From Alphaproteobacteria bacterium (GTDB lineage: Bacteria; Pseudomonadota; Alphaproteobacteria; Rs-D84), in the NCBI GenBank assembly GCA_017450905.1, contig JAFSST010000026.1, positions 1 to 44,217 on the forward strand: DNA of 44,217 bases, given 5' to 3'. Shown here piece by piece: positions 9,624 to 17,579 of this stretch; positions within the stretch are counted from its first letter, which is position 1; the number at the start of each line of letters is the position of its first letter. Position numbers and translations under genes: made by a program. The notes below the pieces were generated by a model that worked only from the letters and a program-made list of their open reading frames with translations, was not told where the DNA came from and searched no databases.

Positions 9624-10493
9624 ATGGACGGGTGGATTGTATTAGATAAACCGACCAATGTTTTTAGCAAAAAGGCCGCAATGCGTGTGGCAAGATTGTT
9701 TGGGGCAACAAAAAACGGCCATATTGGAACGTTGGACCCAATGGCTTCTGGGGTTTTGCCAGTTGCTTTGGGGGCGGCGACCAAAATGATACCTTTTTTG
9801 GAAGAGGTTTCCGACCGAACAAACGAGTATTTATTTTCGGTGCTATTTGGTTTTGAAACAGATACGTTGGATATTACTGGTTCCGAAATCGCACGTTCGG
9901 ATATTGTCCCAGATACAGAATTAGTTAAATCGGTGTTGGGTGAATTTGTTGGTGAAACATCCCAGATTCCCCCTGTATACAGTGCCGTTCATGTTGGTGG
10001 ACGGCGTGCCTATGAATTGGCTCGTAATGGTAAAAGTGTTGATATGCCATCGCGGTTGGTCAGTATTTATTTGTTGGAATTAACCGAAATTGTTGGAAAT
10101 TCGTGGCATTTTCGTATGCGTTGTTCGCCAGGAACCTATGTTCGCAGTGTTGCACGTGATATTGCCAAACGTTGCGGGACACTTGCGACCGTGGATATGA
10201 TACGTCGCACCCAAACCAGTGGTTTTACATTAAAAAATGCGGTTGGACTTGATTTTCTGGAAAAACTGGTTAATAATGGCGGTGATGTCGGACAATATCT
10301 GGCACCAATTGATTCAGGACTGGGGGGCATTCCGGTTTTGAATTTGAACGATAAAGAAACCAAATTGTATAAAAATGGTGGATTTATCAACGTATCGGGC
10401 ACCAATGGTTATGTTCGTGTTTATTCCGATGAAAAATTTATCGGAATCGGAATTATAAGTGATGGTGTTCTGCGACCAAAAAGAACAATATAA
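9624..10493 (+). CDS. truB: tRNA pseudouridine(55) synthase TruB
   Basis: GWIVLDKP...[18 protein letters not shown] catalytic-Asp motif and a C-terminal PUA-like domain. The start is uncertain: TTG 9609 or ATG 9612 overlaps the mutS stop, and ATG 9624 follows GGGGGA. Confidence 0.92.
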   Translation: MDGWIVLDKPTNVFSKKAAMRVARLFGATKNGHIGTLDPMASGVLPVALGAATKMIPFLEEVSDRTNEYLFSVLFGFETDTLDITGSEIARSDIVPDTELVKSVLGEFVGETSQIPPVYSAVHVGGRRAYELARNGKSVDMPSRLVSIYLLELTEIVGNSWHFRMRCSPGTYVRSVARDIAKRCGTLATVDMIRRTQTSGFTLKNAVGLDFLEKLVNNGGDVGQYLAPIDSGLGGIPVLNLNDKETKLYKNGGFINVSGTNGYVRVYSDEKFIGIGIISDGVLRPKRTI

Positions 10494-10509
10494 AAATAAA
10501 GGAAATATA

Positions 10510-10782
10510 ATGTCCATTACAAAAGCAAAAAAGACCGAAATCATCAATGCATTTAAATCCAGCGACAAGGATAACGGTGGTTCTGTTGAATCCCAGGTTG
10601 CGGTTTTAACTGAACGTATTCGTAATTTGACCGAACATATGAAGTCGAATCACAAGGACGAGCATTCAAAACGCGGTCTGTTGAAAATGGTTAATCGCCG
10701 TAAAGGGTTGTTAGCCTATATCAAAAAACGTAATGTTTCTGAATACGAAGAGTTAATTAAAAAATTAGGTCTGCGTAAATAA
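10510..10782 (+). CDS. rpsO: 30S ribosomal protein S15
   Basis: [12 protein letters not shown]...[50 protein letters not shown] is a canonical S15. The ORF-track 5' extension is not needed. Confidence 0.95.
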   Translation: MSITKAKKTEIINAFKSSDKDNGGSVESQVAVLTERIRNLTEHMKSNHKDEHSKRGLLKMVNRRKGLLAYIKKRNVSEYEELIKKLGLRK

Positions 10783-10787
10783 AAATT

Positions 10788-10811
10788 TGGTCGGTTATGC
10801 CGACCATTTTT
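10788..10811 (+). terminator. Terminator/attenuator between rpsO and pnp
   Basis: TGGTCGG-TTATG-CCGACCA followed by TTTTT. Confidence 0.8.
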
Positions 10812-10859
10812 AATTCATAAAAAGTTTGCAAACGATTAAATATGTTTTATAATTGCACC

Positions 10860-10940
10860 CAGCGAAGAAGGAATTGTTCTTTTTTGCATTTGGGGACTTT
10901 TGTGGTCAGAGTGCAATGATGAATAATTTTTCTTCGCGTG
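10860..10940 (+). promoter_or_regulatory. Long stem-loop in the pnp 5' leader (candidate autoregulatory processing hairpin)
   Basis: GCGAAGAA (10862-10869) pairs perfectly with TTCTTCGC (10930-10937), enclosing about 60 nt. The stem can be extended by CA/TG with a one-nt bulge. It lies about 40 nt upstream of the pnp SD. Confidence 0.4.
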
Positions 10941-10976
10941 ATTTAACAAAAATACCAAAATAAACGGAGGAAAATT

Positions 10977-13142
10977 ATGTTATTTGGTTTATTTAACAAG
11001 GATGAAAAACACCCGTTAAACAATCCGGTTGCCGTTGAAATAAAATATGGCGATGAAGTGTTGCGTTTGGAAACGGGACGTTTCGCAAAACAGGCCGAAG
11101 GTTCGGTTATGGCAACAATGGGCGGAACAATGGTTTTGGCAACGGTGTGTGCCGAAAAAACGGCTGTCGAAGGCCAGGATTTTTTCCCGTTGACCGTTGA
11201 TTACCAGGAAAAATTTGCATCCAGTGGTCGTATCCCGGGTTCCCGTGATCGCCGCGAAGGCAAGGCCAGCACAAATGAAACATTGATTGCTCGTTTGATT
11301 GACCGTCCAATACGCCCGTTATTCCCGGAAACATTTAAGAACAAGGTTCAAATTATTGCCCAGGTTTTTTCTTATGATAAAAAGAATCAGCCTGATATTT
11401 TGGCGATGATTGCATCTTCGGCGGCACTTGCGTTATCTGGTGTTCCGTTCCAGGGCCCAATTGGTGCGGCACGTGTCGGATATATGAATGGTAAATATGT
11501 TTTGAATCCGTCTAAAAAAGATGTCGAAGAATCCGAAATGGATTTGGTTGTTGCGGCGACCAAGGACGGCGTTTTGATGGTTGAATCTGAAATTGGTGAA
11601 TTGGACGAAGCAACAACACTGGGTGCGGTTAAATTTGGTTTTGATGCACAACAGGCTGTTATCAAGGCAATTAACGAATTGGCGGCCCAGGTTGGCAAAG
11701 AACGTTGGGCTGTGCCTGAAAAGACCGCTGAATATGTTGCGATGGAAAAGAAATTCGAACAATTCGCATCGGATATTGAAAACGCTTTATTGATTAAAGA
11801 AAAATTGCATCGTTTGGAAACATTGGCGAACATTCACGCATCGGCCAAGGCGTTGATTCCGGAAATGTTCCCTGAAACAACGGTTGCGACATCGACATTG
11901 GAATCTTTTGCTGATGAAATTGTCGAAGGTATTACCGCACGTATTATGCGTTCAAACATTTTGGCTGGTAAACCTCGTATTGATGGTCGTTATACAAAAA
12001 CAGTTCGTCCGATTGAAATCGAATTGGGCGTTTTACCACGTGCACACGGGTCTGCACTGTTTACACGCGGTGAAACCCAGGCGTTGGTTTCTTTGACACT
12101 GGGTGGTGGCAAGGATGCGTTACCAATTGAATCTTTGGATGGTGCCGAAGATCGCGATTTTATCTTGAATTACAATTTCCCGGGTTATTCTGTTGGTGAA
12201 GCCAAGGGATTAAAAGGGCCAGGTCGTCGTGAAATTGGACACGGTAATTTGGCGTGGCGTGCCGTTCACCCAATGGTTCCAACACGCGATGAATTTGATT
12301 ATGTAATTCGCGTATGTTCCGATATTTTGGAATCGAACGGTTCTTCGTCAATGGCAACCACATGTGGTGCGACATTGGCAATGATGGACGGTGGTGTTCC
12401 AATGAAACGTCCGGTCGCAGGTATTGCGATGGGTCTTATCAAGGAAGGCGATGATTACGCGATTTTGACCGACATCTTGGGCGATGAAGACCATTTGGGC
12501 GATATGGATTTCAAGGTAACCGGAACCGACCATGGTATCACCGCATTACAGATGGATATCAAAATCACTTCTATTACATTTGAAATTATGGAACGTGCCT
12601 TGGCCCAGGCAAAAGACGGCCGTATGCACATTTTGGGTAAAATCCAAAAGGCAATCAAGGCACCGCGTGACCACGTGTCTGAATACGCACCGCAAATGTA
12701 TACAATGAAAATCAATCCGGACAAGGTTCGCGAAGTCATAGGCAAGGGTGGTAGTGTTATCCAGGCGTTGACTCGTGATACTAATACCCAGATTGAATTA
12801 GAAGATGATGGTTCAATCAAGATAATGGCAACCAGCAAAGATGATGCAGATGCCGCAATAGCACGCATCAAGGATATTGTTGCAGAACCAGAAGTCGGTG
12901 AAATTTATGCCGGGGTTGTTTCAGGCATAAAAGATTTCGGTTTGTTTGTTAAAATCTTGAACGGATTTGAATCAATGGTTCATATTTCGGAAATCACCGG
13001 TGAAAGATTGGCAAAAATCGAAGATGCCAAAATCAAAGAGGGCGACAAGGTTTATGTTCGCTATCTGGGTGCGGATAAACGTGGTAAAACACGTATGTCT
13101 ATGGTTGGCATCGACCAAAAAACTGGTAAAGAAACCAAATAA
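10977..13142 (+). CDS. pnp: Polyribonucleotide nucleotidyltransferase (PNPase)
   Basis: Two RNase PH domains (FFPLTVDYQEKFASSGRIPG..., ...GHGNLAWRAV, ILGDEDHLGDMDFKVTGT) are followed by C-terminal KH and S1 domains. SD GGAGG lies 7 nt upstream. Confidence 0.97.
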   Translation: MLFGLFNKDEKHPLNNPVAVEIKYGDEVLRLETGRFAKQAEGSVMATMGGTMVLATVCAEKTAVEGQDFFPLTVDYQEKFASSGRIPGSRDRREGKASTNETLIARLIDRPIRPLFPETFKNKVQIIAQVFSYDKKNQPDILAMIASSAALALSGVPFQGPIGAARVGYMNGKYVLNPSKKDVEESEMDLVVAATKDGVLMVESEIGELDEATTLGAVKFGFDAQQAVIKAINELAAQVGKERWAVPEKTAEYVAMEKKFEQFASDIENALLIKEKLHRLETLANIHASAKALIPEMFPETTVATSTLESFADEIVEGITARIMRSNILAGKPRIDGRYTKTVRPIEIELGVLPRAHGSALFTRGETQALVSLTLGGGKDALPIESLDGAEDRDFILNYNFPGYSVGEAKGLKGPGRREIGHGNLAWRAVHPMVPTRDEFDYVIRVCSDILESNGSSSMATTCGATLAMMDGGVPMKRPVAGIAMGLIKEGDDYAILTDILGDEDHLGDMDFKVTGTDHGITALQMDIKITSITFEIMERALAQAKDGRMHILGKIQKAIKAPRDHVSEYAPQMYTMKINPDKVREVIGKGGSVIQALTRDTNTQIELEDDGSIKIMATSKDDADAAIARIKDIVAEPEVGEIYAGVVSGIKDFGLFVKILNGFESMVHISEITGERLAKIEDAKIKEGDKVYVRYLGADKRGKTRMSMVGIDQKTGKETK

Positions 13143-13152
13143 GTAACCAGGT

Positions 13153-13185
13153 AATTTGTCCGGTTGAATGCCGGACAAATTTTCT
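13153..13185 (+). terminator. Rho-independent terminator after pnp
   Basis: AATTTGTCCGG-TTGAATG-CCGGACAAATT, a perfect 11-bp stem followed by TTT. Confidence 0.85.
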
Positions 13186-13207
13186 GTTATCGTGAAAGGA
13201 AAATGAA

Positions 13208-13576
13208 ATGAGTTTTGTTTATCAGGACAGAACGGATTGGAATGACGAAAAATGGGCCAATTATTTGGGGTGCGAACCAAATCGTATCCAGACGCTTCGC
13301 AATTGGTTGGCGGACAATTTTATTGCGACAGTTGGAATTGATTTCGTAACAAAAAAGCATTTTTTTGTCATAAGCCGCCGTATATATGGATTAAATGATA
13401 CCAGTCGTTTAACCAGTTGGCGTGGTGTTTATGGGTGCGAGAGTCGCCAAAGTGCATTGGAAATAGGGACTAAATGTCTGATTCCAAGTTTGAAATTTGG
13501 TGAAATCACCGCAAAAACTTTGGGTGTTCCTGAAAAAACACCACAAATGATACGTTTTATGGCAAAAGTTAAATAG
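13208..13576 (+). CDS. Hypothetical protein (122 aa), upstream of ybaB
   Basis: The ORF has an AAAGGA SD-like sequence and sits 18 nt upstream of ybaB. No motif was recognised. Confidence 0.45.
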   Translation: MSFVYQDRTDWNDEKWANYLGCEPNRIQTLRNWLADNFIATVGIDFVTKKHFFVISRRIYGLNDTSRLTSWRGVYGCESRQSALEIGTKCLIPSLKFGEITAKTLGVPEKTPQMIRFMAKVK

Positions 13577-13594
13577 TTAAAAAGAGGGAAAACA

Positions 13595-13894
13595 ATGGAT
13601 ATGGAATCTTTGATGGCCCAGGCGAAAACTTTGCAAAATAATGTCGCCGCGGCCCAGGAAAAATTGGCGGGTATGCGGGTCAAGGGGTTGTCTAAAAACG
13701 GTGCGTGCATCGTTGATATGACCGGGAAATATGATGTAATTGGTGTTACATTGAACCCGAATATCAAATCTGCGGATGTTGCAGATATCGAAAGTGCGAT
13801 TTTAACGGCATTCCAGGATGCCAAATCCAAGGCAGATGATTTAATAGACAACGTTATGTCCGAAGCAACGGCTGGTATGCCATTGCCACAATAA
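13595..13894 (+). CDS. ybaB: YbaB/EbfC family nucleoid-associated protein
   Basis: A 99-aa protein: ...LMAQAKTLQNNVAAAQEKLAGMRVKGLSKNGACIVDMTGKYDVIGVTLNPNI...IESAILTAFQDAKSKADD, the typical YbaB tweezer fold signature. Confidence 0.9.
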   Translation: MDMESLMAQAKTLQNNVAAAQEKLAGMRVKGLSKNGACIVDMTGKYDVIGVTLNPNIKSADVADIESAILTAFQDAKSKADDLIDNVMSEATAGMPLPQ

Positions 13895-13941
13895 AATGCT
13901 GGACAAATGAAAAATAATAGTTTATTATCACCTGGCTTTAT

Positions 13942-14018
13942 GGATGTTTAGCTCAGTTGATTAGAGCATCTCGTTTACACCGAGAGGGTCGGGGGTTTGA
14001 GTCCCTCAACATCCACCA
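13942..14018 (+). tRNA. tRNA-Val (anticodon TAC), CCA encoded
   Basis: GGATGTT/AACATCC acceptor, GCTC..GAGC D-stem, TCTCG-TTTACAC-CGAGA anticodon arm, GGGGG-TTTGAGT-CCCTC T-arm, A discriminator plus CCA. Confidence 0.93.
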
Positions 14019-14025
14019 AAAATTC

Positions 14026-14050
14026 AAACCGGCTTTGCCGGTTTTTAATT
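14026..14050 (+). terminator. Terminator after tRNA-Val
   Basis: AAACCGGC-TTT-GCCGGTTT followed by a T-rich tail. Confidence 0.75.
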
Positions 14051-14072
14051 TTTGGAATGGTTGTTTGTTTTG

Positions 14073-14100
14073 TTGACAATCTGATTTTATTGTATATAAT
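14073..14100 (+). promoter_or_regulatory. Consensus sigma70 promoter
   Basis: TTGACA (14073-14078), 16-nt spacer, TATAAT (14095-14100). Both hexamers are perfect, and it lies about 35 nt upstream of ATG 14136. Confidence 0.7.
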
Positions 14101-14135
14101 TCCTGGGGTGATTAATTAATTCAAAGGTGGTTTTT

Positions 14136-14516
14136 ATGAAAAGATTACAAACATCCCTGGATGCGGCAAATAAAAAGGATATCAAAGACAAGGCCAAAAA
14201 GGACGAGGTTGTTATTGGTTTGGCCAATACATTAAGCAAGCACGGTGTTGTTTACAAAGATGGTGTGTACAAAACAAAAAGCAAAGAGGGGTATCTTATT
14301 AAACAAACCTATTATCTTATCCCGGACGAAAAAATTTATGTATGTCTTTTGCAAAATGATGGTTACAAAACCAAAAAAGATTTGGTCGAAGTAAATATGG
14401 ACTATAATTTACGCAACAGATTGGATATCAGAAGTCGCGGCAAGGTTTTATATTCTTTTTCTGATGGGCCGTCCATAACAAATATATTAACCTTACTGGA
14501 ACGCAAATGCAGATAA
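14136..14516 (+). CDS. Hypothetical protein (126 aa), ORFan A of the tRNA-Val islet
   Basis: SD AAGGTGG lies 5 nt upstream of ATG 14136 (the ORF-track GTG at 14127 is less likely). It has its own consensus promoter and its own terminator. No signal peptide and no recognised domain. Confidence 0.6.
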   Translation: MKRLQTSLDAANKKDIKDKAKKDEVVIGLANTLSKHGVVYKDGVYKTKSKEGYLIKQTYYLIPDEKIYVCLLQNDGYKTKKDLVEVNMDYNLRNRLDIRSRGKVLYSFSDGPSITNILTLLERKCR

Positions 14517-14545
14517 CAAACAGCCGGCAAATGCCGGCTTTTGTT
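14516..14545 (+). terminator. Rho-independent terminator after ORFan A
   Basis: AGCCGGC-AAAT-GCCGGCT extended by ACAAA/TTTGT, with a T-run. Confidence 0.85.
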
Positions 14546-14556
14546 ATATTTTCATA

Positions 14557-14584
14557 TTGAAAAACTTTTTGTATGTGCAATAAT
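14557..14584 (+). promoter_or_regulatory. Candidate sigma70 promoter for ORFan B
   Basis: TTGAAA (14557-14562), 16-nt spacer, AATAAT (14579-14584). Confidence 0.45.
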
Positions 14585-14638
14585 GTAAAGTGCTACGAAT
14601 CGGGAGTGTGAGCGGGGTTACCATAGCAGGAGTTTACT

Positions 14639-15058
14639 ATGGCCGATAAAAAAGATATGCGTAGTTATTTGAACGATGCATATATCCATAATCGTGATGA
14701 ATACAGTTTGAAAAACGATGTATACAAGATTGTTACAGATGACATCAAATATAATAACGTTAATATAAATAACGATAAATATGATTTAGTAACAATGGAT
14801 GATTTTGTCGTAAATCAACAGATTATAAATATAGATAATGTGGATTACTATTTGCATTATTTGTGGAATACCGGTGTTGTGGCACGTGATAAGTCGCACG
14901 CGATATATACATTCAGCATCAATGCAAATTCAAAAATGAAAATGTTTGTAATCGACAAAAACACTCGCCACAGTCTGTTTGTATTCAAAGAACGATTTGA
15001 TGTGTTGGGGATTACAGATTTGATTCGTAAAAAACAAGAAAACGGCCAGGCAAAGTAA
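14639..15058 (+). CDS. Hypothetical protein (139 aa), ORFan B; very AT-rich, Asn/Asp/Lys-rich
   Basis: SD AGGAG lies 8 nt upstream. No signal peptide and no recognised domain. A weak hairpin (AAACCGC...GTGGTTT plus T7, about 15088-15118) follows. Confidence 0.6.
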   Translation: MADKKDMRSYLNDAYIHNRDEYSLKNDVYKIVTDDIKYNNVNINNDKYDLVTMDDFVVNQQIINIDNVDYYLHYLWNTGVVARDKSHAIYTFSINANSKMKMFVIDKNTRHSLFVFKERFDVLGITDLIRKKQENGQAK

Positions 15059-15151
15059 AAACGGTTGATATTAAATGGCTTGTTTCAAAAAAAACCGCTG
15101 TGAAAGGTGGTTTTTTTGCGGCACAGAAAATATAAAAAGGGTGATATATAA

Positions 15152-15499
15152 ATGGAAAAAAACTCCAAAGAAACAGTCCAGAAAAAACAAAATGTTTCGA
15201 AAAAAACATCAAAGTTTGATTCGTTCATGGACCGTATTCGTTTTGCCTTTGTATCGATGTTTAATCGTCCGAAAAAACGGGAAAAAGTTTCGGATATGAC
15301 CGATGATGAATATAACGAGATAACGGTATTGCGTTATGTTTTATTAAAATCTGCATTGAACAGCGAAGAATTACGTGGCACAATCAAAGGCTCGTTCGGT
15401 TTGGATGTTTCCACAGAAGAAATAGAAAACAAACTTGCAATGACATTGCGTGATTTGATAAAACAACATAACAAAAGCATAAAGCAGGAAAAACGATGA
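15152..15499 (+). CDS. Hypothetical small basic protein (115 aa), ORFan C
   Basis: SD AAGGGTG is upstream and the stop overlaps the start of the next gene (ATGA). It has a Lys-rich N-terminus and no recognised domain. Confidence 0.55.
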   Translation: MEKNSKETVQKKQNVSKKTSKFDSFMDRIRFAFVSMFNRPKKREKVSDMTDDEYNEITVLRYVLLKSALNSEELRGTIKGSFGLDVSTEEIENKLAMTLRDLIKQHNKSIKQEKR

Positions 15500-16272
15500 A
15501 AAAAACAACAAATATAAAATTATTGGTGTTAATGGGGATTGCCGGCCTGGTTATGGGGTGTGGCAATAAAAAGAAACAAAATGCCCAAAGTGCCAATTTT
15601 TATGATTGTCTGACAAAGGAAAAGGTCGCCAATGGATACGATACGTTGGCCCGTGAAAATACCGATACGACAGTGGAATTAGAACAGATAGAAGATATTT
15701 ATTATGCTAATTCATTGGCCGGAAAAATTCAGTCTGAATTTGAAAAATCGGCATTGTCTGTTGTGCTGGATTGCAATAGAAAAATAAAATCTGTATTGAA
15801 GCGTAACAGTGTTGCGATGGCCGGGGATATTATCCGTTTGGATGACTGTTATTTTATTATGATGGATAACGAAGTGTTTTCTGATTGGTCCGGGGCCATG
15901 TGTGGTGATATCCAGGAATTAATCGAGAAAGCCGGTGTTTTTGGTGACAAGGAAGACTTTATAATAAAAAACGTATTTCAAAGCATTCAAAATGCCAAGT
16001 CGCGTTTGCAACAAATTAGAAAATCAATAGAATCTAAATACACCAAAAGTCGTGGTATCAGATTTATTGAATGGCCTGGAATGGGGAAATATCTGCGTAT
16101 AGAACAAGTTGACAGTATCAACCAGGTCCCAGAACCAACGAAATTATCGGCCAAGGATGCGGCAAAATTGGATTCACTGTGGAATGTTATATGTCACAAG
16201 CGTGAAATCGAAAAAAAGAAAGATTCGTTATTAAACGAGGCATGGATTGCGGCAAATGAAAAAGAATATTAA
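15496..16272 (+). CDS. Hypothetical lipoprotein (258 aa), ORFan D
   Basis: Signal peptide with lipobox MKKTTNIKLLVLMGIAGLVMGC. It is translationally coupled to ORFan C. The mature part contains several Cys, and no domain was recognised. Confidence 0.68.
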   Translation: MKKTTNIKLLVLMGIAGLVMGCGNKKKQNAQSANFYDCLTKEKVANGYDTLARENTDTTVELEQIEDIYYANSLAGKIQSEFEKSALSVVLDCNRKIKSVLKRNSVAMAGDIIRLDDCYFIMMDNEVFSDWSGAMCGDIQELIEKAGVFGDKEDFIIKNVFQSIQNAKSRLQQIRKSIESKYTKSRGIRFIEWPGMGKYLRIEQVDSINQVPEPTKLSAKDAAKLDSLWNVICHKREIEKKKDSLLNEAWIAANEKEY

Positions 16273-16280
16273 AAACATCA

Positions 16281-16309
16281 ACAGGGATTAACCCTGTTTT
16301 TATTTTTTT
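16281..16309 (+). terminator. Rho-independent terminator after ORFan D
   Basis: ACAGGG-ATTAA-CCCTGT followed by TTTTTATTTTTTT. Confidence 0.8.
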
Positions 16310-16319
16310 GACAAAACGA

Positions 16320-16349
16320 TTGACATTTTTTTTTTTTGGATATTATAGT
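16320..16349 (+). promoter_or_regulatory. Candidate promoter with a T12 homopolymer in the spacer
   Basis: TTGACA lies at 16320-16325, with a second TTGACA at 16308-16313. A T12 tract (16326-16337) follows, then TATTAT (16341-16346) and TATAGT (16344-16349), giving 15- or 18-nt spacers. Confidence 0.45.
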
Positions 16350-16392
16350 AAGTAGAGTAGAAATACATCAAACAAACAAAAAGGGGGATAAA

Positions 16393-16488
16393 ATGCCAAA
16401 GAAAAAAATAACCAAAGAAGATTTTGCCAGGGGAATGAGAAAAGTTGGTATGGTGTTAGGGGGAACGGCCGTTTGGGCGTTTTTTTAA
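16393..16488 (+). CDS. Possible 31-aa small membrane peptide (or the body of a small RNA)
   Basis: SD AAGGGGGA lies 5 nt before the ATG. It translates as MPKKKITKEDFARGMRKVGMVLGGTAVWAFF, with a basic N-terminus and a hydrophobic C-terminus. It ends in an imperfect hairpin plus T7 and overlaps the rlmN stop convergently by 4 nt. It is below the ORF-track size cut-off. Confidence 0.3.
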   Translation: MPKKKITKEDFARGMRKVGMVLGGTAVWAFF

Positions 16489-17579
16489 TTGTTTTTTTGA
16501 TTATTTAATCTTAATTGACCGCACGCCGAACCGATGTCTGTGCCGCGTTCACGGCGTATCCGCGTGTGAATGCCGTTTTTAATCAAGATATCTTGGAATC
16601 TGTGAACCGCGTTTCCTGATGGTGATGTAAATTTCCGTTCATCGACCGCGTTCCACGGTATTAAATTTACCATACAATTTTTGTCGCGAACCAATTCAGA
16701 TAACTTTTCTGCACATTCCGGGGTTGCGTTTAACAAATTACCATCAGAATCGCCCAGTAATATATATTCTATCATTAATTGGCGATTGTGAGTGTCGGTA
16801 AAACGCCACGCCGCATCCATAATTTCCGAAATAGTATATTTGTTCGCAATTGGCATTATTTGTTTGCGTAAATCATCCGTTGGTGCGTGCAAAGATATGG
16901 CCAGGTTTATCGGTCGCCCCCATTCAATCAAACGCTGGATGCCCGGAACAATTCCGCATGTTGATACAGTTATACGCCGCCAACTGATGCCCATTTCGTT
17001 GTTTGCCCGTTCCATAAATCCGATAACATTTTCGGTGTTTTGTAATGGTTCGCCTGTGCCCATAATAACGATATGCGACACATCGTTATTGTTTGCATCG
17101 CCATTTGGTTTGATTGCTTTTTCCGACATACGGTCGTTGCGTAATTCCCATTGTGCAACCAGAATTTGTGCAAAAATTTCGTTAATTGTTAAATTGCGTT
17201 TTAATCCCAATAACGTGCTGGCACAGAATTTGCACCCCATGGCACATCCGGCCTGGGAACTGACACAAACGCTGTTGCCATAACTTGTTCTCATCAAAAC
17301 ACATTCTATGCGTTCGCAATCATTCAATTCCAACAGAAATTTTGTTGTTTGCCCATCCGCAGATTCTAATTTTTTTACAATTCGAACAGGTAATGTTTGT
17401 GCCATTGAATCCAGATCTTTACGTAAGTTTTCCGGCAAATTTTTCATAGACATAAAATCAGGCACGCCACGCATCAGCCATTCAGAAATCTGTTTGGCAC
17501 GAAATTTTGGTTGTCCCATTTTTACAACGAACTCTTCACGTTCTTTGTCGGTCAGATTAAATAAAACAGTCTTGGTCAT
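16485..17579 (-). CDS. rlmN: 23S rRNA/tRNA m2A methyltransferase RlmN (radical SAM)
   Basis: PKFRAKQISEWL N-terminal domain, radical-SAM CxxxCxxC (GCAMGCKFCAS), and conserved C-terminal GTDIGSACGQL. Confidence 0.93.
   Translation of the reverse strand: MTKTVLFNLTDKEREEFVVKMGQPKFRAKQISEWLMRGVPDFMSMKNLPENLRKDLDSMAQTLPVRIVKKLESADGQTTKFLLELNDCERIECVLMRTSYGNSVCVSSQAGCAMGCKFCASTLLGLKRNLTINEIFAQILVAQWELRNDRMSEKAIKPNGDANNNDVSHIVIMGTGEPLQNTENVIGFMERANNEMGISWRRITVSTCGIVPGIQRLIEWGRPINLAISLHAPTDDLRKQIMPIANKYTISEIMDAAWRFTDTHNRQLMIEYILLGDSDGNLLNATPECAEKLSELVRDKNCMVNLIPWNAVDERKFTSPSGNAVHRFQDILIKNGIHTRIRRERGTDIGSACGQLRLNNQKNN

Noticed and set aside
14019-16400. An integrative element with att direct repeats at the tRNA-Val islet.
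   Set aside because: No integrase, recombinase or excisionase ORF is present. I found no convincing repeat of the tRNA-Val 3' end (only a 6-7 nt AACATCA match near 16274) at the distal boundary, so mobility cannot be claimed.
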